The notes under the pieces: generated by a model
The model's database searches: none
Told to the model about the DNA's origin: nothing
What the model saw: the letters and a program-made list of their open reading frames with translations, nothing else
In this document: positions 1 to 7,825 of the stretch, one piece after another
Layout: every line of letters starts with the position of its first letter
How positions within the stretch are numbered: the stretch's first letter is position 1
Origin: a virus
Lineage: Duplodnaviria > Heunggongvirae > Uroviricota > Caudoviricetes
Length of the DNA stretch: 13,365 nucleotides
Strand: one strand, 5' to 3'
IMG/VR virus record: IMGVR_UViG_2606217105_000011
Translations under genes and position numbers: made by a program

Positions 1-21
1 TCTCAGTCAGAGGTGACTCAC

Positions 22-321
22 ATGACAAAAACAGTATCAACCAGTAAAAAACCCCGTAAACAGCATTCGCCTGAATTTCGCAGTGAAGCCCTGAAGCTTG
101 CTGAACGCATCGGTGTTACTGCCGCAGCCCGTGAACTCAGCCTGTATGAATCACAGCTCTACAACTGGCGCAGTAAACAGCAAAATCAGCAGACGTCTTC
201 TGAACGTGAACTGGAGATGTCTACCGAGATTGCACGTCTCAAACGCCAGCTGGCAGAACGGGATGAAGAGCTGGCTATCCTCCAAAAGGCCGCGACATAC
301 TTCGCGAAGCGCCTGAAATGA
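22..321 (+). CDS. insE: IS3 transposase OrfA (HTH/leucine-zipper, InsE-like)
   Basis: ATG at 22 preceded by GAGGTG (10..15); the ORF-track start at 13 is a GTG-initiated extension. Sequence [32 protein letters not shown]... matches IS3 InsE from memory. Candidate -1 slippery site A-AAG inside CCAAAAGG at 282..289 near the 3' end. Confidence 0.92.
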   Translation: MTKTVSTSKKPRKQHSPEFRSEALKLAERIGVTAAARELSLYESQLYNWRSKQQNQQTSSERELEMSTEIARLKRQLAERDEELAILQKAATYFAKRLK

Positions 322-1184
322 AGTATGTCTTTATTGAAAAACATCAGGCTGAGTTCAGCATCAAAGCAATGTGCCGCGTGCTCCGGGTGGCCCGCAGCGG
401 CTGGTATACGTGGTGTCAGCGGCGGACAAGGATAAGCACGCGTCAGCAGTTCCGCCAACACTGCGACAGCGTTGTCCTCGCGGCTTTTACCCGGTCAAAA
501 CAGCGTTACGGTGCCCCACGCCTGACGGATGAACTGCGTGCTCAGGGTTACCCCTTTAACGTAAAAACCGTGGCGGCAAGCCTGCGCCGTCAGGGACTGA
601 GGGCAAAGGCCTCCCGGAAGTTCAGCCCGGTCAGCTACCGCGCACACGGCCTGCCTGTGTCAGAAAATCTGTTGGAGCAGGATTTTTACGCCAGTGGCCC
701 GAACCAGAAGTGGGCAGGAGACATCACGTACTTACGTACAGATGAAGGCTGGCTGTATCTGGCAGTGGTCATTGACCTGTGGTCACGTGCCGTTATTGGC
801 TGGTCAATGTCGCCACGCATGACGGCGCAACTGGCCTGCGATGCCCTGCAGATGGCGCTGTGGCGGCGTAAGAGGCCCCGGAACGTTATCGTTCACACGG
901 ACCGTGGAGGCCAGTACTGTTCAGCAGATTATCAGGCGCAACTGAAGCGGCATAATCTGCGTGGAAGTATGAGCGCAAAAGGTTGCTGCTACGATAATGC
1001 CTGCGTGGAAAGCTTCTTTCATTCGCTGAAAGTGGAATGTATCCATGGAGAACACTTTATCAGCCGGGAAATAATGCGGGCAACGGTGTTTAATTATATC
1101 GAATGTGATTACAATCGGTGGCGGCGGCACAGTTGGTGTGGCGGCCTCAGTCCGGAACAATTTGAAAACCAGAACCTCGCTTAG
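318..1184 (+). CDS. insF: IS3 transposase OrfB (DDE catalytic domain, InsF-like); expressed naturally as OrfAB fusion by -1 frameshift
   Basis: 288-aa ORF in the -1 frame relative to orfA, overlapping at ATGA (318..321). DDE-type motifs visible: [36 protein letters not shown]. Confidence 0.92.
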   Translation: MKYVFIEKHQAEFSIKAMCRVLRVARSGWYTWCQRRTRISTRQQFRQHCDSVVLAAFTRSKQRYGAPRLTDELRAQGYPFNVKTVAASLRRQGLRAKASRKFSPVSYRAHGLPVSENLLEQDFYASGPNQKWAGDITYLRTDEGWLYLAVVIDLWSRAVIGWSMSPRMTAQLACDALQMALWRRKRPRNVIVHTDRGGQYCSADYQAQLKRHNLRGSMSAKGCCYDNACVESFFHSLKVECIHGEHFISREIMRATVFNYIECDYNRWRRHSWCGGLSPEQFENQNLA

Positions 1185-1197
1185 GCCTGTGTCCATA

Positions 1198-1761
1198 TTA
1201 CGTGGGTAGGATCAGAACTCCATCCAGTCGTTTGGGGTTGCTAATGACGTCCTGCATCCGCTTAATCTGGTCGGGCGTAGACATATAATCCCACAGGGTG
1301 AGCAGAACCTTTTTTGCGGCTACACTATTTCCCTGATCTGATACTAATGCCATATAGCCCCATAAACTATCCCTCAGCCAGACAGCATCATAGTGGGTTT
1401 CTGCCGCTGTTTTGTCATCTTCGAAAGTAGAAGCAAGAATAAATGTTCCCCAGGGTTTCTCCGTCAACGTTAACTTTCGTGTGTTTTCTGTTAATGTTAA
1501 CAACCCTTGAATTTCGTCTTTGGTATAGTGGCTCTTTATTTCATTTTTTAATTTGGCTGAGTGAATCAGAAGACGATAATTAGGGTACTTATCTGGATTT
1601 AACGATAAATAACTTTTATCTGTTGCTGCCCCCGTGGAATTAAGAATGTTAAATACAGATTCACTCGTCACTTCTGCCCCTGTCGCCTGGCATGTGCCGC
1701 ACGAAAATATACCAGCGAGCAGAAGAGTTAATGCAGATTTCCCTTTCATAAAATAATCCAT
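1198..1761 (-). pseudogene. IS3-truncated gene for a secreted glycoside hydrolase family 15-like (glucoamylase-family) protein; last 5 codons and stop come from the IS3 terminus
   Basis: Seen: the minus-strand ORF reads across the IS3 end (1214) and stops at 1198..1200 inside IS3. Probable start at ATG 1761 or 1749, giving a classic signal peptide MKGKSALTLLLAGIFSCGTCQA. The segment WGTFILASTFEDDKTAAETHYDAVWLRDSLWG resembles the conserved N-terminal GH15 motif (G-x-[IV]-[IV]-A-S-P-S ... Y-x-W-T-R-D-S). Only about 180 aa precede the junction, far short of a GH15 catalytic domain. Family call is from motif memory only. Confidence 0.45.
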
Positions 1762-2089
1762 CAATCGTTTGTTAAAAGCGTAGATAACCACTTATTCAAC
1801 AACTTGAAAATAAGGTATTTTACCTGGGTTGTTACAAAAGGATTGCATTGCGTAAACGCTTTTTATTTACAAAAAAATGGGGAAGTGTTACAGCGATTGC
1901 GAAAAGCCTGAAGCGGTTGAATTAAGATAATATAGAAAATCAGATACAGCAAAAATGGCAGATTGATCAGGTGAAGATAAATTGGAGCGGGCGAAGGGAA
2001 TCGAGGAAACCCATAATAACCTGCTGTAAAATAAAGATTTTGTGATCAATCATAGGTAACTGATTACGTGATAATAGAGGATCATTATC

Positions 2090-3310
2090 GTGTCGATCAA
2101 GAGCCAAGCATACTTATTTAAAAGAAAAGATGGGATCTGGATGTTTCAGATTTTTGTTCCTAAATACTTACGTCATCTTTACCCTTATAAGTTGTGGAGA
2201 AAAAGCACATCTACACGAGATCTGAATGAGGCGAGAAGATTCAGAAACCATCTATTATTAGAATGGGAGGAACTAAAGCGAAAACATAATCCTGATAACC
2301 CCGAAAGGAGGTTACAAAAAGCTATTGAATCCTTACATTCAGAGGCAAGGGCCAATAAAAACACGCAAAGAGCCGTAAAACGCGGTTATGCACCGCCTTC
2401 CCTGTGCCTAATACGTGACGAATACGCCGAATGCTACAGAGAGCGTCGTTCATACTCAACACTACAGAAATCAGCAAGGGCCGTTGAGCTATTTTTACAA
2501 AGCATTCAGAAAGATGATATTCATATTGAGAAAATAGGCAGACGGCTTGTAACAGTATTCTTAGATGACCAGAAGCAACGAGGAGCAGCCGATCAATCTC
2601 GTCAAAACTGGCTTACATGCTTAGGATCGCTCTATGAATTTGCTAAACGCCGTTATGACGGAATACCAGACAGTAACCCTTTTCACGGTCATAACCTCGA
2701 AGCACGTCGCACAATCGAGAGTTATCAACCGTTTACACCTGAACAAATGCAAAAGCTACTTGATGCAGCGGAGCCGGAGATCAGAAATATTATTTTAATG
2801 GGCTTGTTTTCAGGATGCAGATTAGACGAACTGGCAAGCCTGAAAAAGTCAGAGGTTGTAACTGTGGAAGGAATACGCTGTTTTTATATCAGCAAGAGTA
2901 AGACTAAAGCAGGGATCAGACACGTTCCGATACATTCGAGACTATCGATTATTGTCGATGAATATTTAAATCATAATTATGGTGAATATTTGTTCCCTCA
3001 CTCGAACAAAGTAAAAAGAATCGACGGCAAGAAAGGCCCGTTCTATTCTCAAGCATTCTCACGTTTACGTCGTAACGTCTTGCCAATCGCTACAGATAGA
3101 CAATGCTTTCACAGCTTGCGCGGGATGTTTATCACTTGTCTTGATCGTGCCGGAGTGCCTGAACAGCGGATCGGAGCCATTACCGGACATACAGAGCAGA
3201 GAGCTAAAACAGAAGCCTTTCGCACCTACTCACAAGGGGCAAGCATTCCAGAATTAGCTGAATATGTAGAATTAGTAAAATATGAATTAAATATTGATTT
3301 TAAGGCGTAA
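2090..3310 (+). CDS. int: Tyrosine-type site-specific recombinase (phage/island integrase), 406 aa, GTG start
   Basis: C-terminal catalytic signature readable in the translation: R in GCRLDELASL, K in the SKSKTKAG hairpin region, H-x-x-R in CFHSLRGMF, H in ITGHTEQ, and the nucleophile Y in FRTYSQG about 36 residues after HxxR. The N-terminal region looks like an arm-type DNA-binding domain. Upstream GAGGAT serves as an SD-like sequence. Confidence 0.85.
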   Translation: MSIKSQAYLFKRKDGIWMFQIFVPKYLRHLYPYKLWRKSTSTRDLNEARRFRNHLLLEWEELKRKHNPDNPERRLQKAIESLHSEARANKNTQRAVKRGYAPPSLCLIRDEYAECYRERRSYSTLQKSARAVELFLQSIQKDDIHIEKIGRRLVTVFLDDQKQRGAADQSRQNWLTCLGSLYEFAKRRYDGIPDSNPFHGHNLEARRTIESYQPFTPEQMQKLLDAAEPEIRNIILMGLFSGCRLDELASLKKSEVVTVEGIRCFYISKSKTKAGIRHVPIHSRLSIIVDEYLNHNYGEYLFPHSNKVKRIDGKKGPFYSQAFSRLRRNVLPIATDRQCFHSLRGMFITCLDRAGVPEQRIGAITGHTEQRAKTEAFRTYSQGASIPELAEYVELVKYELNIDFKA

Positions 3311-3335
3311 AACAACGCCATAAACGTAATAAAAA

Positions 3336-3368
3336 GGCTTCCTTGTAATGGGAGCCTCTTATATGCTT
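3336..3368. terminator. Putative bidirectional intrinsic terminator between convergent int and structural operon
   Basis: Hairpin GGCTTCC(3336..3342)-ttgtaat-GGGAGCC(3350..3356): 7 bp with one G-U wobble on the plus-strand RNA, followed by TCTTATATGCTT. On the minus-strand RNA the stem has one A-C mismatch but is followed by a UUUUUAUUAC tract. Sits in the 108-bp gap between convergent genes. Confidence 0.4.
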
Positions 3369-3417
3369 AATTCCTTACAAGAGTGTTTTAGATTGTGATT
3401 AAACATTCTCTTTATCA

Positions 3418-5259
3418 TTAACTTGGTGCTTGCCCAGACAGAGCCGCCAACGTGAAACTACGTTCAAAATCTTGTTGGATACTTCCCACTTTGTAATCGA
3501 GGTATGATCCAAGCTGACTACCATCAGGGGCGATATTCACATCCACCTTGCTTTCCGGCACGTTTACGACGATGTTCGGTGCATACGTCATAGATGGGGT
3601 AGTGTTCAGATCACGGCTAACGTTCTGTTTCAGGGATTGCACGTTATCAGATGGGCTTGCATAGTTCTGAATTGCAGTTCCGCCAGTCGTTGGCTTGTCT
3701 TCCGTGCCAGGAATAGGATCTAAGCCTAAAGCACTACGACCCCAATCAACCATACCACCTACAAACGAGTCCTTATAATACATACCGGACGAATCAAGGT
3801 TTTCATGCTTGTTCTCTGGGTTGATATTTTGGTATGCAGCAGTAAGCCACGATACAGCACCAGCAAAGGCGCTCATCATTTCAGCCGTTGAGCTTCCAAG
3901 TTCTTTAAACAGAGGATTCAAATCTTTCAACATTTGCGCCCACTCTTCACCAGCTTGAGCATCGAACTCTTCACCAAATCCAGTCATGATAGCTTTCTTA
4001 CTACCTTCCCATGCCATATTCATATTTGCCTGTACCGCTTGCAGACGTTCGGCAGCGTCCAGATCCGCTTGTGTATAGGTGGCATTGGCCTTTTGCATCT
4101 TAACGATGGTCTTGTTTAGCTCTTCACCATTACGACTAAAGGCACCACGGAAATATTGCAAATCATTGCCCAGGTCTTCAAGGATGTGCCCGATTTCTTG
4201 ATCTGATAATCCACGGCGTTCACCTTCTTTCACTACAGCGCCCAGGAAACCTAAAGGATCAGTCTGGAAACCTTTAACCTGTTCAGGTGACCAGCCATAT
4301 TTATTAAGGATGTTATCGACGGCACCATTACCGCCAGCCCAGCGACCTTTCTTAGCGTCCCATTTGGTATTCCCTACGGATTCACCTAAACGTTCCTGAA
4401 CGTCTTTAAGGTTGTCTTGACGTTGGTCTACGGAACTATCAACACCGTGTTCTAAGCCGTACTGGTTGAGAGCTAACAGGGCGTTAGTGTTTACGTTGAC
4501 AGCCTTTGCCTTGCGGTTAGTGTCTGTGATCTTGCTTGCCTGATCGGTTACGGTATTGAATATCGCAGCACCGCCGAAAGTAGCAGCAGTGAGAGCGGCA
4601 CCGCCTACCATTGCACCGACACCAGCGCCCATATGACCACCTTTAAGCTGTTTAGCCATATGTGGGTATTTACCGCCATCAGCCGCCACCTGGCGAGCTT
4701 TTACAGCAGCCGCACGGCGTTCTAACGTGATACGATCACGGATCAGGTGATTCATCTTAGCCTGGCTTATAGCGCCTTTCTCATACGCTGCCGTTTGTGC
4801 TTTGATGTATTGCAATGTTTTGTAGTACTGGGCGCTATCCATACCGTCGCCCATACGCCCTTTTTTGATGCCTTCAAGCTGTCTAAAAGCTTGCTGGCGT
4901 TTAATCTCTGCCTTCTCTGCTATTGTCGCTTTAGCGCGGATCTGTTTATCGGCAGCTATAGCGGCTTTAGCTTTCGCTTTAGCTTCTGCCTTTGCCACCT
5001 TATCAGCGTTCTTCTTGTCCGTTTGAGCTTGCTTGTCTGACGCTTTAGCATCAGCTTTAGCCTGTGTAGCTTTACGAGCCTTTACCAGATCATGAGCATC
5101 GTCTATAGCTTTTTTAGCCTTCTTCCCTTTCATCGTTGGATTGGTTAGGTTTTCCATTTCTTTTTGAAATTTCTTCCCTGCATCGCGTGCTTTCTGCAAT
5201 GATGCAAAATCAACTTTAAATACAACCTTGTTTGTTAAGGTTGAGATGTTTAAATCCAT
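3418..5259 (-). CDS. Phage structural protein, 613 aa: N-terminal Lys/Ala-rich coiled coil, central Gly-rich hydrophobic segment, large C-terminal domain (tape-measure-like, scaffold-like or internal/ejection protein; identity unresolved)
   Basis: ATG at 5259 with AAGGAAAA SD; stop 20 nt after the preceding gene. Composition features: KAKAKAAIAADKQIRAKATIAEKAEIKRQQ repeats, then GGHMGAGVGAMVGGAALTAATFGGAAIF. No motif I can assign to a named family by eye. Confidence 0.5.
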   Translation of the reverse strand: MDLNISTLTNKVVFKVDFASLQKARDAGKKFQKEMENLTNPTMKGKKAKKAIDDAHDLVKARKATQAKADAKASDKQAQTDKKNADKVAKAEAKAKAKAAIAADKQIRAKATIAEKAEIKRQQAFRQLEGIKKGRMGDGMDSAQYYKTLQYIKAQTAAYEKGAISQAKMNHLIRDRITLERRAAAVKARQVAADGGKYPHMAKQLKGGHMGAGVGAMVGGAALTAATFGGAAIFNTVTDQASKITDTNRKAKAVNVNTNALLALNQYGLEHGVDSSVDQRQDNLKDVQERLGESVGNTKWDAKKGRWAGGNGAVDNILNKYGWSPEQVKGFQTDPLGFLGAVVKEGERRGLSDQEIGHILEDLGNDLQYFRGAFSRNGEELNKTIVKMQKANATYTQADLDAAERLQAVQANMNMAWEGSKKAIMTGFGEEFDAQAGEEWAQMLKDLNPLFKELGSSTAEMMSAFAGAVSWLTAAYQNINPENKHENLDSSGMYYKDSFVGGMVDWGRSALGLDPIPGTEDKPTTGGTAIQNYASPSDNVQSLKQNVSRDLNTTPSMTYAPNIVVNVPESKVDVNIAPDGSQLGSYLDYKVGSIQQDFERSFTLAALSGQAPS

Positions 5260-5277
5260 AATATTTTCCTTTACCTT

Positions 5278-5493
5278 TTATTTATTCTGTTTTGATACGT
5301 AATATTGCACTGCTTCCATAGCGGAACAGCCTGTAGCAAAAATTCTTTGACGTACAGCGGTATTAGAGATCCCTAAAAACTTACATACTTGTGAGATATT
5401 TAGAATATCTTCCGGTAAGGTGGAAACAGCTTTCAGGATTTCAACGGGATTGTTATTTTGTGTGTTCATGGTTTTCTCACTTTTATTCGACAT
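5278..5493 (-). CDS. Small HTH DNA-binding protein (excisionase/AlpA-like or regulatory); probable true start at the internal ATG 5469 (MNTQ..., 63 aa)
   Basis: Helix-turn-helix-like segment DILNISQVCKFLGISNTAVRQRI. The internal ATG has a weak GAGAAA SD while the first ATG has none. Located between the capsid gene and the 613-aa gene in the same operon. Confidence 0.45.
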   Translation of the reverse strand: MSNKSEKTMNTQNNNPVEILKAVSTLPEDILNISQVCKFLGISNTAVRQRIFATGCSAMEAVQYYVSKQNK

Positions 5494-5613
5494 TAGAAAA
5501 CAAAAAGGGCAAAGAGATCCGTTACTGTATTTGTTTTACAGGTTAGTTAATCCCTTTTGCCCTTATTGCCTGTTTTATTTCCAGTCGCACAGGAAACGAC
5601 TATTAACGCTTTA

Positions 5614-6642
5614 TTACGCTACTGTGATCTGTACAGTGAAGCCTACGCCGTGGTTTACAACCATCTGGCTATTCTCGGTAACTACGTTTACAGCGTCGTT
5701 ACGTGCTGGGCTAAATGCATAGCTGTAATATTCAGCCGATCCAGAGTTCAGAAGGTCGAACGTTGAAGAAGGAGCGCCGAAAATGTTCTGATAGACGTTA
5801 GAGCCTTTAGCGAACTTCGGAACAGCCACCGCATCAGAAGTCATATGAGCCAGCAGCAGCGGATCGGTAACTTTGATCAGATCAATGTTAGTGCCTGGAA
5901 TAGTGAAGGTAGTCACACCTGGCAGCAGGGAGCGCACACTATAAACGATGTTTGCGTCATCGGTAGGGCTTGCATACTGGAACGCGTTAACCATGCCAGC
6001 ACTGTAACGGATAGCGTTAAATGCAGCAGGTTTACAGAATACAACGATACGCTCTACAGCAGCCGCCTGGCTTTGTGCTTTAGTAATAACGTCTGTATGC
6101 ATCTGATCGAATTGCTGGAACACCATAGAAGGCGTGGTGCTTGATGCGTCGATGGTTGCAGTCAGCGGAACAGCACTAAACAGATCGCCCCACTGAATCA
6201 GCACATCGTCAGTTTTAGGGGTGTAGGTGCGACCACTAAACAGGGAAGCAGCCAGTACGCTTTCTTTAGTACGCTGGAAAGCAATGTGGTGCTTAGCAAC
6301 ATATTCCGCGTAGATATCTGTCAGAGTCTCTTCAACGGTAGCGCCTGGTTTACGTTTGCCTTGAACGTCTTGCGGCTTAATCATATCTTCACGCAGGAAG
6401 TAGGGGATCTCTACTAAAAATTCTTTACCCTGTTCACGTTTAGTCACGTTATGTTCAGAAGAGAAACGAGAGGTTTCTTTGTTGAACAGAGATTCGTTAG
6501 TTTCCACCAGTTGGCTAACAGCCACTTTATGAGAACTCACACCTACCGGATCAGTGAAGTCCAGAGTAGTTAACAGGAAGTTGCGAGAGTCGTGCAGACT
6601 AAACAGCGGAGCCAGATCGACGGATTCATTACCAATAATCAT
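5614..6642 (-). CDS. Major capsid protein, lambda gpE-like family (342 aa)
   Basis: ATG at 6642 with AAAGGAATAAACATA upstream. Length matches lambda gpE (341 aa). By-eye colinear motif resemblance to lambda gpE: DLAPLFSL vs FDPLFLRLF near the N-terminus, IVVFCKPAAFNAI vs NIIVFDPKGWALF, DANIVYSVRS vs DVAIVVYSGQ, and C-terminal GFTVQITVA vs EFVSVQLA. Not search-verified. Confidence 0.6.
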   Translation of the reverse strand: MIIGNESVDLAPLFSLHDSRNFLLTTLDFTDPVGVSSHKVAVSQLVETNESLFNKETSRFSSEHNVTKREQGKEFLVEIPYFLREDMIKPQDVQGKRKPGATVEETLTDIYAEYVAKHHIAFQRTKESVLAASLFSGRTYTPKTDDVLIQWGDLFSAVPLTATIDASSTTPSMVFQQFDQMHTDVITKAQSQAAAVERIVVFCKPAAFNAIRYSAGMVNAFQYASPTDDANIVYSVRSLLPGVTTFTIPGTNIDLIKVTDPLLLAHMTSDAVAVPKFAKGSNVYQNIFGAPSSTFDLLNSGSAEYYSYAFSPARNDAVNVVTENSQMVVNHGVGFTVQITVA

Positions 6643-6660
6643 TATGTTTATTCCTTTATA

Positions 6661-7032
6661 TTAAGATGTGAATACAGTGTTAAAACCAGCCATCTGGAAG
6701 CCTTTAGCAGCCAGAGCAGCAATAGCGGCTTCTTTAATAGCGCCTTCAACATTCAGAGCATCAGACTTGATGCAAACCAGTCCGGCATTGCTACGCAGCA
6801 CGTTAACGGTTTTAGCGTCGCCAGCGGATACCGCATCAGACACAACCACAAGAACATCGCCGCCGCTTACATATTCAGCGCCGTTACTGGTAATCAGATC
6901 GCCGCATTCCACATCAACCGCCAGATCAACGGTAAAAGATTGCACACAACCGAACTCATCAGTTGCATAGCTCACGATATCGGTAAATGATTTGCGAACT
7001 GGAAACAGATCGCTCATATTAATAATAGCCAT
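6661..7032 (-). CDS. Small capsid-associated protein, candidate head decoration/cementing protein (123 aa)
   Basis: Positional only: encoded immediately upstream of the gpE-like capsid gene (as gpD is in lambda), has a decoration-protein size, is Gly/Ala/Val-rich, and has a strong SD (AAGGAAA). I could not see convincing sequence similarity to lambda gpD. Confidence 0.3.
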   Translation of the reverse strand: MAIINMSDLFPVRKSFTDIVSYATDEFGCVQSFTVDLAVDVECGDLITSNGAEYVSGGDVLVVVSDAVSAGDAKTVNVLRSNAGLVCIKSDALNVEGAIKEAAIAALAAKGFQMAGFNTVFTS

Positions 7033-7034
7033 AA

Positions 7035-7250
7035 TTAATAGTTTCCTTTTTTGGATTGTTTGATTTGTTCTGCTTTTGCTTTAATCAGATCCTGCATAGT
7101 AGGCTTCTGTTCATCAGCAGACTTAAAAAGCTTATCACAATGTTTTTTCAATTCTGTTGGAGTGATCCCCAACATATAAGCCGTAGCATTGAATGTTTCA
7201 TCAGTGATAATCAATTCTTCGTTACCATTCTTTAGAATGAGATTTTGCAT
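7035..7250 (-). CDS. Hypothetical small protein (71 aa), first gene of the capsid operon
   Basis: ATG at 7250 with AAAGGTAAAG upstream; its stop abuts the next gene's SD/start (7032). No recognisable motif. Confidence 0.4.
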   Translation of the reverse strand: MQNLILKNGNEELIITDETFNATAYMLGITPTELKKHCDKLFKSADEQKPTMQDLIKAKAEQIKQSKKGNY

Positions 7251-7290
7251 TGTTGCTTTACCTTTTTTCTAACGTTCTTGTTTAGTCCTG

Positions 7291-7322
7291 ATAAAATAAA
7301 ACCGGAAGGGGAAAGCTTCCGG
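7291..7322 (-). terminator. Intrinsic terminator (minus-strand orientation)
   Basis: Perfect 7-bp stem CCGGAAG(7302..7308)/CTTCCGG(7316..7322) with a 7-nt loop. On the minus-strand RNA it is followed directly by UUUUAUUUUAU (reverse complement of 7291..7301). On the plus strand the U-tract is poor. Confidence 0.6.
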
Positions 7323-7444
7323 CTTTATGGATACAAAACATATGAAGGATGCGATAGAAGTGTTACTAAATCGTATTTATATGCACTTAAAGAGGGTAGG
7401 ACATATAAGAATAAGATTGCTTATTGTTATATACCCTTGAGGGG

Positions 7445-7520
7445 TGAATAACAGGCTTACAGGGAGTAGGCGCTTAGGAGGTCGCCCCCTTTGGAGAGGA
7501 ATCTATAAACCTGTTATTCG
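7445..7520. repeat. 10-bp perfect inverted repeat (GAATAACAGG ... CCTGTTATTC) flanking a 54-bp GC-rich core; candidate RNA stem-loop or protein-binding/recombination site
   Basis: Seen: 7446..7455 is the exact reverse complement of 7510..7519. The enclosed sequence contains a GGCG...CGCC sub-hairpin and an AGGAGG motif. A 10-bp perfect inverted repeat this close together is unlikely by chance. Confidence 0.45.
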
Positions 7521-7786
7521 TGCGATGGCTAATCGCTGTCTTTCTCAATGTGGATGCATCGATCAGACTTTCAGGAATCACCTATTAACTTTCAAACCTT
7601 TTGGATTCTCATTTTAATAGGAGGCGGTGCCGAGATGATTTCGGGGATCATCCACGCATTTCGCGTTCTAAGATTGGCACCTTAATAAACACCAACAAAC
7701 AAAAAACTTATTTAGCTTTGGGCTTAATAGAAACTGTTGTCAAGAAACAGATATACACCGTTATTTGTTTATACGGGGTTTATAGA

Positions 7787-7807
7787 CACTGTAAACAGTG
7801 TTTTTAG
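7787..7807 (+). terminator. Putative intrinsic terminator (plus-strand orientation)
   Basis: ACACTG(7787..7792)-TAAA-CAGTGT(7797..7802) hairpin followed by TTTTT on the plus strand. Implies a plus-strand transcript ending here inside the ORF-poor region. Confidence 0.4.
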
Positions 7808-7825
7808 AAAGTGTTTCATGCTTCA

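Larger units (their letters stand above)
1..1214 (+). mobile_element. IS3 (IS3 family) copy A, partial; outer (IRL) end lies beyond the window start; inner end is the orfB-proximal terminus ...CGTGGGTAGGATCA at 1201..1214
   Basis: Seen: orfA/orfB pair in the -1 frame arrangement typical of IS3-family elements; terminal sequence at 1201..1214 is the exact reverse complement of the start of copy B (12152..12165). Established knowledge: protein sequences match E. coli IS3 InsE/InsF as I recall them; IS3 is about 1.26 kb, so roughly 40 bp of the outer end is off-window. Confidence 0.93.

Noticed and set aside
13-21. N-terminal extension MTH of insE from a GTG at 13 (track ORF 13..321)
   Set aside because: The GAGGTG at 10..15 is the SD for the ATG at 22; the GTG overlaps the SD itself. 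The canonical InsE begins MTKTV.
98-1196. Track ORFs inside IS3 copy A (98..316 plus-strand alternative frame; 186..461 and 921..1196 on the minus strand), and their mirror images in copy B (12170..12445, 12905..13180, 13050..13268)
   Set aside because: They lie in alternative frames or antisense to the well-supported transposase genes insE/insF, have no SD-supported start, and are best explained as chance open frames in moderately GC-rich IS DNA.
1792-2089. tRNA gene or tRNA 3' fragment upstream of int as integration target
   Set aside because: Read through the region on both strands; no acceptor-stem/T-loop pattern or CCA-terminated cloverleaf was apparent. Cannot be fully excluded without a tRNA scanner.
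3934-6990. Plus-strand track ORFs antisense to the structural genes (3934..4119, 4747..5040, 5420..5722, 5557..5766, 5845..6144, 6592..6990, 6668..6970)
   Set aside because: All are embedded antisense within longer minus-strand ORFs that have strong SD sequences and tight operon spacing. Their translations are low-complexity or hydrophobic with no start context.
7245-7451. Track ORF 7245..7451 (+), 68 aa
   Set aside because: Begins at a non-ATG codon with no SD, overlaps the start of the 7035..7250 gene, and runs straight through the 7302..7322 terminator hairpin.
7601-7807. Track ORF 7601..7807 (+), 68 aa, and a 16-codon ATG ORF at 7635 with an AGGAGG upstream
   Set aside because: The 68-aa ORF starts at TTG with no SD and ends exactly in the plus-strand terminator hairpin, more consistent with a non-coding transcript. 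The 16-codon ORF has a good SD but is too short to call without conservation evidence; noted only as a possible leader peptide.
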